Source of the DNA: a virus
Lineage: Duplodnaviria; Caudoviricetes
Virus record (IMG/VR): IMGVR_UViG_3300048670_001593
Span: 1-64,000 of that record
DNA: 64,000 nucleotides
Direction: 5' to 3' (one strand)
Shown here: in pieces, positions 7,778 through 16,271 of the stretch
How positions within the stretch are numbered: the stretch's first letter is position 1
Layout: the number at the start of each line of letters is the position of its first letter
Position numbers and translations under genes: made by a program
Notes under the pieces: generated by a model
Told to the model about the DNA's origin: nothing
Databases searched by the model: none
Seen by the model: the letters and a program-made list of their open reading frames with translations, nothing else

Positions 7778-9445
7778 ATGCGAGCACGACAATTTATCCC
7801 AAAAACCCCCATCTTAGAACAGCAACTGGATGAGATCAACATGAGTCCTGGAGCACTCAAACAGTTTGCTCAGACTCATCCCCTGGCACAGCAGATCACA
7901 GCTGGCTTTGAACTGGAACTGTGTTTTACTGACATCGGTCGACCCCAGGGCTATGGCGGCATAGAAGATGAGAGAATCAACAGATACTGGGATCTGGAAA
8001 CCATTCAGGATTTGTTTAGTGAATATACCAGTCGTCGTGACCGTGGTTATAGTCGTATGGAAGAGGATTACCAGACGGCCTATTTTGAAAAGGTCGCAGA
8101 TAATGTTGATCCCGACGAGGTAGAAAGGCTGGCCAGAGCTAAAGCCCGAGACGACATTGATTCTGACACAGTGGACGAACGTGTGCAGGCAGTGTTGGCT
8201 GACAACCCCGACGCTGATGAGGATGAGGTCAGAAAACAAGTCATAGAAGAAATAGTGGATGCCAACTGGTCAGATCATGAATACGAAGCCCACGAAGAAG
8301 CGGAAGAAGACGTCCGCAATGAGTTGGACTACGATTTTGGCGAGTGGCTCTGGGCCAATCACAATTATCTGAGCGATGTGGCGGCCGAGTATGATCTGGG
8401 AGTGCCGTTTGAAGATGAAGATTCATATGATGATACGCCCTATGATACTGATCAGATGGAGGACGCAGCACGTCGCCTCAGACAGTATACCGACATGCGG
8501 GTCAGAGTCAGCTCCAGTTACCACAGCGTGCAGCGCCTGCCGGGTCTGATAATCATTGAACCCGATGGTAGCATTGAACCCGATGACAGTGATGAGGCTG
8601 CTGCTGAAATCATTACTCCACCACTGCCACTGGCAGAAACCCTGGAGTTGTTTGCCAAAGTTCGAGACTGGGCTGAAGAATACGGCGGCTATACCAACAG
8701 CAGCACCGGACTACACTTCAACATCAGCAGCCCCGACATGAGTCAGTTTGACTATGTCAAAATGGTGTTGCTGCTGGGAGACCAGCATCTGTTGGGTTTG
8801 TTTGATCGTGAATACAACAGCTATTGTAAAAGTGCCATCGGCAAAATCATATCAGAGATGCGACGCCAACACTACCAGGGAGAGGGCCAAATGGATCGAG
8901 TGCTGGCTGAACGTGTGATGGAAGTGTTGAAATCTCACACCTATCGTCTGGCACAGGAATTCATCCAAGATGCCATCAAGAGCTGGGGCAATACATTCAC
9001 CACAGACAAATACACCAGTCTGAACTGGAAGGGCGATTACATGGAAGTCCGTGCTCTGGGTGGTCCCAAGATCATGACCGATCCCCAGCTGACTCTGAAT
9101 GCCATCTATCGTGTGATCAGAGTCTGGGCCAGTGCCGTGGATCCCAAACTGGATCGTGAAGAATATCTGAAAAAACTCTATGCCATGACACAGCGTGGTG
9201 TGGAAAACACTCAAGTGGGCAACAAGATATCAGTGAGTCAGATAATTTCACGTTACATGACCGGAGACCGCAGCAATCTGGACCTGCTGGTGGCCGAACT
9301 TCGCAAGCAGATCGCACAGAGCGCACAACAACGTGATCTGGCCAAAGTGCGTGGCCAACACAAACCTCTGCTGCCCGAACCCAACCCACAGATGAATCTG
9401 GATCTTCGTGATCGTCCTGGCCCTGTCGCCAATCAGGAGACCTGA
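7778..9445 (+). CDS. putative amidoligase (COOH-NH2 ligase type 2) with acidic insert
   Basis: GFELE, PDGSI, EIITPPL and TNSSTGLHFNIS motifs. N-terminus MRARQF..ILE; TAAATA at 7750. Confidence 0.75.
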   Translation: MRARQFIPKTPILEQQLDEINMSPGALKQFAQTHPLAQQITAGFELELCFTDIGRPQGYGGIEDERINRYWDLETIQDLFSEYTSRRDRGYSRMEEDYQTAYFEKVADNVDPDEVERLARAKARDDIDSDTVDERVQAVLADNPDADEDEVRKQVIEEIVDANWSDHEYEAHEEAEEDVRNELDYDFGEWLWANHNYLSDVAAEYDLGVPFEDEDSYDDTPYDTDQMEDAARRLRQYTDMRVRVSSSYHSVQRLPGLIIIEPDGSIEPDDSDEAAAEIITPPLPLAETLELFAKVRDWAEEYGGYTNSSTGLHFNISSPDMSQFDYVKMVLLLGDQHLLGLFDREYNSYCKSAIGKIISEMRRQHYQGEGQMDRVLAERVMEVLKSHTYRLAQEFIQDAIKSWGNTFTTDKYTSLNWKGDYMEVRALGGPKIMTDPQLTLNAIYRVIRVWASAVDPKLDREEYLKKLYAMTQRGVENTQVGNKISVSQIISRYMTGDRSNLDLLVAELRKQIAQSAQQRDLAKVRGQHKPLLPEPNPQMNLDLRDRPGPVANQET

Positions 9446-9448
9446 TCC

Positions 9449-9985
9449 TTGAGAGCCCGTGACCTATTGGAAAAGTGGAGCAAAAAATACAAGAGCTCAA
9501 TTGACTGCAGTCACCCCCAGGGTTTCAGCCAGCGTGCTCATTGTCAGGGACGCAAAAAGCACAACGAAGATGTTGATGCCGGCACACAGCCCACACTCAT
9601 GGATGCTCTCAGAGACTTCTTTCCTGTGGCCATGCAGCATCTGGATCTGGACCATCTGCCCAGAATCACCTTTGTCCAGGACGTCGCAGGCCATCGCGCC
9701 CCCACCTTTGGCAAGTTTATGAATGCTGAAAACACCATCTTTGTGGACATTGAGAATCGTCATCCCAATGACATCCTGCGCACTCTGGCACACGAACTTG
9801 TGCACTATCGTCAACAGTTAGATGGCCAACTTGATGACCGCAGCGGAGAAACTGGCAGTCCTATAGAAAATGAGGCCAATGCCACTGCTGGCGTAATCAT
9901 GAGAGAATTTAATAAAAAATATCCTGAATATCTAGACATGCAACCAGTTGTCTTGGGTGAAAAAAACAACATTGACAAAATATGA
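9449..9985 (+). CDS. zincin-like metallopeptidase (HExxH) preceded by a small Cys/His module
   Basis: TTG start with AGGAG upstream; 'TLAHELVHYRQ ... ENEANA'; N-terminus MRARDLLE. Confidence 0.7.
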   Translation: MRARDLLEKWSKKYKSSIDCSHPQGFSQRAHCQGRKKHNEDVDAGTQPTLMDALRDFFPVAMQHLDLDHLPRITFVQDVAGHRAPTFGKFMNAENTIFVDIENRHPNDILRTLAHELVHYRQQLDGQLDDRSGETGSPIENEANATAGVIMREFNKKYPEYLDMQPVVLGEKNNIDKI

Positions 9986-12432
9986 GAGCCAAAGACTTTA
10001 TCAACGAGAAACGAAAGCGTAAGAAGAGTCGTCGAACTCCCACACTTTACTACGGCTATCCCTGGGGATACTGGGGTGGTAGCGGAGACAGCAGTGACGG
10101 TGGCGGGGGCGATGGTGGCGGTGCTGCAGAAAACATAGCCCCAATGGGCCCAGCGTTGCCCATGCCCAGTCAGTATCCTCGTAAAACACCACAGTGGCCC
10201 AGTCCAGAAGAACGCCGTAAGAAAAAGGTATCAGAAGCAGGTGAAACTACCCCAGCCCAGCAGTGGATCAGTAAAATTTATGATGAATTTCACGAACATC
10301 CATTCAATCCCCGATACCGAGTCATGACCTGGGGGTCAGGTGACGATCAGCAACTGGCCATATTTGAACTGGCGCCAGTGTTTGGTAAACCCACCACGGT
10401 GGACATCAAATGGTTTCAAGCATATCCACAGCGTCAGGGCATTGGCACCAGAGCCATGCAACAGTTACAACAACTGGCACTGGAACATGGCATCACACTC
10501 ACCATATATCCCTGGAACCGTGGCGAAGTCAGTCAGAGTAAATTGACCAAAATCTATCGTGGCATGGGATTCCGTCCCACAGTTCGGGGTGCCAAAGACA
10601 TGTCATGGCAACCACAACAACAAAGTGTGGCGGAAGGCGTTCCCCAACCTGGTAAATCATCTGGCAAACCAATATCTTGGATTGATCCTACCAAAGTTGT
10701 AACAAAATATCTAACCTTACCAGAAATATTAAAAACAGTATCAGGAATTCCATACTATACCGATGTTGTAAAAGATAGAGATAGTAAAGATTTTTCCTGG
10801 GGGGTCACAAAAAAAGTTTTAGAATATGCGAGAGAATTAATCATACGCCCTGATGCCTATAAAAACTGGCCTCCCATAATAGTCTTAGATGGCGAACTAC
10901 AAGACGGCGCACATCGTATATCCACGATATACTTGATGCAACAACGAGTTCAGCCAAATAATCCAATTTGGAAAACTGCTAAATTAAAGGTAGAATTTGG
11001 ATCAGCAAATAATGTAAAGCAAAGTGTGGCGGAAGGTCAGTTAAATGAATCGCTATCATCAATGGTTGCGCAAGATCAGGCCGAGCGTGACGAATATAAA
11101 CAATTTGTAAAATCACAGGCTGGAGGTGATTGGTCAAAAGGCGCTAAACTATACGCGCAACTTAAAAAAAGACCCAGTGATGATATATTTGGTGATAAAC
11201 AAAGATTAAATCAATTTATGAAAATAAAATTTGATTTCGATAAGTTTACTGATGACGATTGGAACAATTATTGGTTGTTGGCACAACATTGCGATATGAA
11301 TCGCAATTTCCAAAAACAAGCACTGTCGATTATTAAAAAATATCAAGGTCCAGATAGCTCACACTACAAGTATCTGTATGATAGAATTAGTTGCGCCATT
11401 ACCGGCACACAAAAATATGGAACGCAATCCCTGTGTGATAAAGACCATCAAGAGCTGTCAGAAACATTTGACCAACCCTATCCTTTGACCTGGGAACACA
11501 GTGAATACGGTGATATGGATGCCCTGGCCACTCTGGACGATGGCACCCATCTGACTGTGATGTTCAGTAAACAAGACGATGATAGTTGGGGAGTGTCCTT
11601 TTACAGAAACGACAGTCAGCGCACCACAGGCCTGGGAGATGCTCACAGAGTGTTTGCCACAGTGTTGGCTGCCATTGCCGAGTTTGTCAAAAAACAACAA
11701 CCGCGGGCATTAACCTTTTCGGCTGTCAAAGTTGAAGAAGACGACGACAGTATACAAGACCAACTCAGTAGGATCAAACTCTATGACCGATTGGTGCAGC
11801 GATACGCACAATCTGTTGGTTATGGTGTCACCAGAGTGGACAAAACTCACTTGGTGGCTTATAAATTGACCCGATTGAAACAAGAGCTGTCTGAACAGCA
11901 ACACCAAGATTACATGGCGGGACATTGTCACGTCATGGCAATAGCATTAAAGTTATTACATCCCGATTGGCGAATCCGAGCGCACATAGGGTGGGACGAT
12001 GACGAAGCTGAAGATCATGAGTATCGAGTTGATCATGTGTATATCGTCGCTCCTGATGGATCAGCATACGACTGTCGTGGCAGGTTTGACAACGAGGACC
12101 AGTTAGTGGGTCCCGACACCACGGGAGGCATTGACACACAGTATGTGGACCTGGAAGTCACAGACATCAAACAGTTGATCTCACGTGGCGAATTAAAACA
12201 GTTTACCAAACAGGATATAGTTCATGCTACGAAATTTGCCAAACAGATCGTAAACGAAAACTTTGCAGATGGTCGTAATCCACAAGACAAAGGTGACAGC
12301 AAACGATACGGTGTTCCCACCCGAGCCAGTGTCAGCACATTACGCAAAGTGGCCAAACAAGGTGGACGTAAAGGTCAACTGGCACACTGGATGGCCAATA
12401 TGAAAGCAGGTAGGGCCAAGGCAAAGAAATGA
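9982..12432 (+). CDS. 816-aa multi-domain polyprotein: GNAT, ParB-like, DUF6624-like, unknown, papain-like, small basic module
   Basis: 'QRQGIGTRAM' (GNAT acetyl-CoA motif); 'PPIIVLDG..DGAHR' (ParB); 'DQAER..WLLAQH.D..YLYDR..QKYGTQ' (DUF6624-like); 'GHCHVMA..DHV..YD' (Cys-His-Asp). Junctions are VSE, VAE, VAE/LNE, LSE, LSE, VNE. Confidence 0.75.
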   Translation: MRAKDFINEKRKRKKSRRTPTLYYGYPWGYWGGSGDSSDGGGGDGGGAAENIAPMGPALPMPSQYPRKTPQWPSPEERRKKKVSEAGETTPAQQWISKIYDEFHEHPFNPRYRVMTWGSGDDQQLAIFELAPVFGKPTTVDIKWFQAYPQRQGIGTRAMQQLQQLALEHGITLTIYPWNRGEVSQSKLTKIYRGMGFRPTVRGAKDMSWQPQQQSVAEGVPQPGKSSGKPISWIDPTKVVTKYLTLPEILKTVSGIPYYTDVVKDRDSKDFSWGVTKKVLEYARELIIRPDAYKNWPPIIVLDGELQDGAHRISTIYLMQQRVQPNNPIWKTAKLKVEFGSANNVKQSVAEGQLNESLSSMVAQDQAERDEYKQFVKSQAGGDWSKGAKLYAQLKKRPSDDIFGDKQRLNQFMKIKFDFDKFTDDDWNNYWLLAQHCDMNRNFQKQALSIIKKYQGPDSSHYKYLYDRISCAITGTQKYGTQSLCDKDHQELSETFDQPYPLTWEHSEYGDMDALATLDDGTHLTVMFSKQDDDSWGVSFYRNDSQRTTGLGDAHRVFATVLAAIAEFVKKQQPRALTFSAVKVEEDDDSIQDQLSRIKLYDRLVQRYAQSVGYGVTRVDKTHLVAYKLTRLKQELSEQQHQDYMAGHCHVMAIALKLLHPDWRIRAHIGWDDDEAEDHEYRVDHVYIVAPDGSAYDCRGRFDNEDQLVGPDTTGGIDTQYVDLEVTDIKQLISRGELKQFTKQDIVHATKFAKQIVNENFADGRNPQDKGDSKRYGVPTRASVSTLRKVAKQGGRKGQLAHWMANMKAGRAKAKK
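10621..10637 (+). repeat. 17-bp direct repeat, copy 1 (caaagtgtggcggaagg; encodes QSVAEG)
   Basis: Identical to 11020-11036. Confidence 0.9.
11020..11036 (+). repeat. 17-bp direct repeat, copy 2
   Basis: Identical to 10621-10637; the two copies bracket the ParB-like module. Confidence 0.9.
11449..11463 (+). repeat. 15-bp direct repeat, copy 1 (caagagctgtcagaa; encodes QELSE)
   Basis: 14/15 identical to 11881-11895. Confidence 0.85.
11881..11895 (+). repeat. 15-bp direct repeat, copy 2 (caagagctgtctgaa)
   Basis: The two copies bracket the module at 11464-11880. Confidence 0.85.
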
Positions 12433-13265
12433 GAGCCAGAGAATTTGTCAGAGAAAGTGGTCGACGTCTGGCCAGCCAGGGAATAGAAGTTTCCCGAGTC
12501 TACCCAGAAGATTTTAAAAAGGCCAAAGCTGCTCTGGACCCCCTGCTAAAGCAAGCAGGCATCACAGCCGGGTGGACAGCCGGTGGAGCAGGCAGTTTCG
12601 ATCCCGAACATCCCTACGGTGGTGGTGGTCGTGCCAGCAGTGGTGATATTGATATTATGATTGATCCTGATGATCTCCAAGCAGCCTTTCCTGTGGATCT
12701 GGAGCAGTATAATCAGGCAACCCAGGCCCTGGGCGCCCGAGCATTTGCCAATGTCATGGCCAGTCCCGAAAGACAGGAAAAATTGGCACTGACCGCCAGC
12801 AAGTGGGCCCTGGCACAATACATGACAAAAAATGGTTATCCCACCGACCCCGGCACGCTGACAGTGGAGTATGGTGCTGATGGTAAGATCTTTAGTGTGG
12901 ATTTGATATTACGCCCCCGGACAGCCTGGGAATTACACGCTCATGACTTCAGTCAGGATCCCGAAATGCGCGGTGGTCAATTGTTCACTGACGTCTACCC
13001 CACACTGGTGCGACTGGCCAGAAAAACCACTCAGATTGATCCCAGAACTGGTGAAGAAAAAGGCAGTCTGCAATACAGTCCTGACCGAGGGCTGGTGGAC
13101 CGAGCCACTGGTCAAGTGGTGGCCATCAATAAAAATGACATCGCAAAAATTCTACTGGGGCCCAAGGCCACTGCCCGAGACCTCAGCAGCATTTCTGGCA
13201 TTCGTCGAGCACTCAGTCAGGATCCCGAAAAGTTGGCCCAGGTTTTTCCTGACAGCACAAATTGA
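12429..13265 (+). CDS. Pol-beta-like nucleotidyltransferase
   Basis: 'GGAGS ... SSGDIDIMID' and a later 'SVDL' strand; N-terminus MRAREFVRE. Confidence 0.6.
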   Translation: MRAREFVRESGRRLASQGIEVSRVYPEDFKKAKAALDPLLKQAGITAGWTAGGAGSFDPEHPYGGGGRASSGDIDIMIDPDDLQAAFPVDLEQYNQATQALGARAFANVMASPERQEKLALTASKWALAQYMTKNGYPTDPGTLTVEYGADGKIFSVDLILRPRTAWELHAHDFSQDPEMRGGQLFTDVYPTLVRLARKTTQIDPRTGEEKGSLQYSPDRGLVDRATGQVVAINKNDIAKILLGPKATARDLSSISGIRRALSQDPEKLAQVFPDSTN

Positions 13266-13271
13266 TAAATA
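13265..13271 (+). promoter_or_regulatory. probable late promoter core ATAAATA
   Basis: Lies inside a 7-bp inverted repeat (aattgat-aaat-atcaatt), immediately before the 13278 start. Confidence 0.5.
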
Positions 13272-13277
13272 TCAATT

Positions 13278-15125
13278 ATGCTATTACAAGAACTCTTTGC
13301 GCCCAATAAAACTCCACTGAACGAAGGCATTGACCATCCCGAAGATCTGATCATCAGTCAGGGCGCTCAGGGCGCCCAACGTGCTGTGTCAGCCATTGCC
13401 AGGCTGGGTCAGGGTGCCAAAACTGTGAGCATCAAATGGGATGGTTTCCCAGCAGTGGTGTTTGGTCGAGACACTGGTGGTGAGTTGGTGTTCATGGACA
13501 AACACATGTATGACAAAGTTGCCAAGGGTCGTCTGGAATTCACAACCATCCGAGATTATGATCAGGCCCGTGGTGCTGATCGTTCGGATCTGTGGGAAAA
13601 AGAAAGTGTGCTCCGAGCTGCACTGGAGAGAATTGTGCCAGCAGTTAAAAATCAATACTGGATGGGTGATCTGATGTGGTCCGGCACTCCAGCCACATCT
13701 GATGGATTTTTCGTATTCAAACCCAACACTGTGGAATATCGAGTCAGCATTGTGGGGGATCTGGGCCAGGACATTTCACGCAGCGTGGGTGGAATCGCTG
13801 TGCATACATTTATACCCGAACTGGGTGCGGCCGATGAACCTCTGACAGGGCTGAAAGGTCTTAAAACTCAGGCGGGCATCACCTTCCTGACCGGAGAAAT
13901 GCGAGAGCAGCCCAAAATTCTGGTCAATGCAAACTTTCTGGCCCGCACACAGGGCATTATTGATCAACACCGCCGAGCAGTGGATAAATTCATTGCCGAT
14001 CTCACTGAGATGCGCGGCAAGAGCATCCTGACTGCCATGGGACCGTTCATCACCAGTATGTTGGCGGAGGATGACATTGCCACAGACATTGTGCCCAGAT
14101 TCCTGGAGTTTTTAAAATCCCGTCTGAACCCAGCAGCACAGCAAAAATTCCTGGGCTCAAACAACGACGGCTGGTTATACCAGGCCGATGGCGGAGCACC
14201 GGGTTTGCTGGGTATCTGGAGCATGTGGGCTGCTGTCACGGATCTGAAATTGCATGTCAAAGAACAGATTGACACACAAATGCAGGGTAGTGAGGTGGTG
14301 GCTGTGATTGACGGCGAGCCCAGACACGAAGGCTATGTGTTCGGTGGCGGGGAAAGCAAACTCAAACTGGTGGACCGATTGGGATTCAGTCGCGCCAACT
14401 TTGCCAAACACCGAGTGCCAGATGAAGAGATTGCTCGAAAGAAGGACATGCCAGTGGCAGTGTTCTGTTTCGGTCGTATGAACCCACCCACGCTGGGTCA
14501 CAGATTGGTCATGGCCAAAACTGTGGAACTGGGCGGAGACAATGCCCACATCTTCCTGAGCAACACACAAAACACCGATACCGATCCCCTGGCACCTGCT
14601 GTCAAAGCAGCATTTATTAGAAAAATATATCCCGAACTGGGCCAACACATTGTCGACGAACCTGTGGCCACGCCCATACAAGCAGCCAACTGGTTGTATG
14701 CCCGGGGGTTCAGAAACATGACATTCGTGGCCGGCAGTGACCGATTGGGTTCGGGCGCCGGCAGTATAGAAAAACTGCTGAACAGTTGGAACAGTGGCAT
14801 AGTTCGCACCGCTGATAATATATTTGGGCCTGAAGGTCGTGAACACGTGGTGCTGAATTTTGTCAGCAGTGGATCACGTGATCCTGATGCCACCGACATC
14901 AGTGGTATCAGTGGAACACTGGCTCGCCGATTTGCTGCCGCTGGTGACGAAAAAGCCTTTGAGCGGGCAACCGGAGTAGGAAGCAATATCCAGGTGCAGG
15001 GCCAGACACTGTATCAGGCCACACGTCAGGGCCAGGGGATCGCAGATCGATCTGCGGAACCACAGGTGCAGGAATCAGTTGACTGGCTACGAAAAATAAC
15101 TCAGTGGTCACATAATATTAAATAG
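13278..15125 (+). CDS. fusion of an ATP-dependent ligase-like domain (DUF6267-like) and a HIGH-family cytidylyltransferase-like domain
   Basis: 'HPEDL..SIKWDG' (KxDG) ... 'LKLVDR'; then 'FGRMNPPTLGH' and 'FVAGSDR'; N-terminus MLLQELF..LNE. Confidence 0.7.
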   Translation: MLLQELFAPNKTPLNEGIDHPEDLIISQGAQGAQRAVSAIARLGQGAKTVSIKWDGFPAVVFGRDTGGELVFMDKHMYDKVAKGRLEFTTIRDYDQARGADRSDLWEKESVLRAALERIVPAVKNQYWMGDLMWSGTPATSDGFFVFKPNTVEYRVSIVGDLGQDISRSVGGIAVHTFIPELGAADEPLTGLKGLKTQAGITFLTGEMREQPKILVNANFLARTQGIIDQHRRAVDKFIADLTEMRGKSILTAMGPFITSMLAEDDIATDIVPRFLEFLKSRLNPAAQQKFLGSNNDGWLYQADGGAPGLLGIWSMWAAVTDLKLHVKEQIDTQMQGSEVVAVIDGEPRHEGYVFGGGESKLKLVDRLGFSRANFAKHRVPDEEIARKKDMPVAVFCFGRMNPPTLGHRLVMAKTVELGGDNAHIFLSNTQNTDTDPLAPAVKAAFIRKIYPELGQHIVDEPVATPIQAANWLYARGFRNMTFVAGSDRLGSGAGSIEKLLNSWNSGIVRTADNIFGPEGREHVVLNFVSSGSRDPDATDISGISGTLARRFAAAGDEKAFERATGVGSNIQVQGQTLYQATRQGQGIADRSAEPQVQESVDWLRKITQWSHNIK

Positions 15126-15151
15126 TTGAATAGTTTAAAAGTTAAAAATCA

Positions 15152-16258
15152 ATGAATCAAGTTCCCAGTTGCAGTGCAATCGATACCGGGTTTTTTATCA
15201 CCACCAGTGGCGGAGTAAAAACCTGCTGCAGTGGACAATATGACTTGGGCAGTATACGGACTCAATCAACTGTTGAAATTTTCAATAGTAAAAAATACAT
15301 TGACGTTAGAAATGCATTGGTCAACAATCAGCCCACTGAATATTGTAAACAATGCGATCATCAGGAATCCATTGCTCTGGGGTCCAGCCAAAAAACAATT
15401 TTCAATCAGAGTTTGCCCAGTGTCGGACAGCGAAAAATTAAACAAATTGACATCAGATGGAGCAATTTGTGCAATCTAGCTTGCAGATACTGCAATCCCT
15501 ACGACAGTAGTGAATGGGCCAAGTTGCAATCAATTCCCATCGAATCTCTGAATAGATCTTATATTCAGAGTGTATTCGACACAGTGTCAGAAAATTTGGA
15601 TTCACTTGAAGAAGTCTACTTGTTGGGTGGCGAACCCCTGTTACAAAAACACAACGAAACACTACTTGATCTAATAAGCGGTAAACAAAAAATTTCAGTT
15701 GTGACCAATCTCAGTGTTAATCTTGAAAAAAACAACGTATACCAGAAACTTAAAAAATTTCAAAATATTTCCTGGAGCCTGAGTTTTGAAAATGTTGGTG
15801 ACAAATTCGAATATGTCAGACACGGGGCCAATTGGCAAAAATTTCTCAACAATATCCAGATTCTTAAAGATGATTTTGGCACTGGTAAAATTGATTTTCA
15901 CCCAGTTTACAGCGTTTGGAGTGCGGTTGCATTAGACGAATTTTATGATTTCGCACACACTATTGGCGACTTTAAAATAACCTGGCAACTATGCAATGAT
16001 GAGGTCCAGTCTGGTTATGATATTTTTACTCATAATGAAAAAATAAAATCTGAAGCCATCAGACAGATTGAAAAAACTAATGTGGGATCATCTGCAAATT
16101 TCTTTAGTAAAGTCAAAGACAAACTCCAGACTTCTGAAGGTGTACCTCAGCAGAATCAAAAATTTTTAAATTGGATTGCTGAATCAGAGACACTATTGTC
16201 TCCTAACAAAACGTTTGCCGAGCTCTGGCCCAATTTATACCGATTACTGTCGGAATAA
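15152..16258 (+). CDS. radical SAM protein with N-terminal SPASM/twitch domain
   Basis: CNLACRYC; N-terminal C..CC..CxxC; GGEP; AT-rich. Confidence 0.85.
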   Translation: MNQVPSCSAIDTGFFITTSGGVKTCCSGQYDLGSIRTQSTVEIFNSKKYIDVRNALVNNQPTEYCKQCDHQESIALGSSQKTIFNQSLPSVGQRKIKQIDIRWSNLCNLACRYCNPYDSSEWAKLQSIPIESLNRSYIQSVFDTVSENLDSLEEVYLLGGEPLLQKHNETLLDLISGKQKISVVTNLSVNLEKNNVYQKLKKFQNISWSLSFENVGDKFEYVRHGANWQKFLNNIQILKDDFGTGKIDFHPVYSVWSAVALDEFYDFAHTIGDFKITWQLCNDEVQSGYDIFTHNEKIKSEAIRQIEKTNVGSSANFFSKVKDKLQTSEGVPQQNQKFLNWIAESETLLSPNKTFAELWPNLYRLLSE

Positions 16259-16271
16259 GGAATTGAAAAAA

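Noticed and set aside
16176-16271. ORF-track upstream starts (also 4210, 5537, 18380, 31624, 34029, 36040, 36483, 36851, 40903, 43148, 60242)
   Set aside because: They overlap upstream genes and lack an RBS; downstream ATGs with Shine-Dalgarno sites or family-typical N-termini were used instead.
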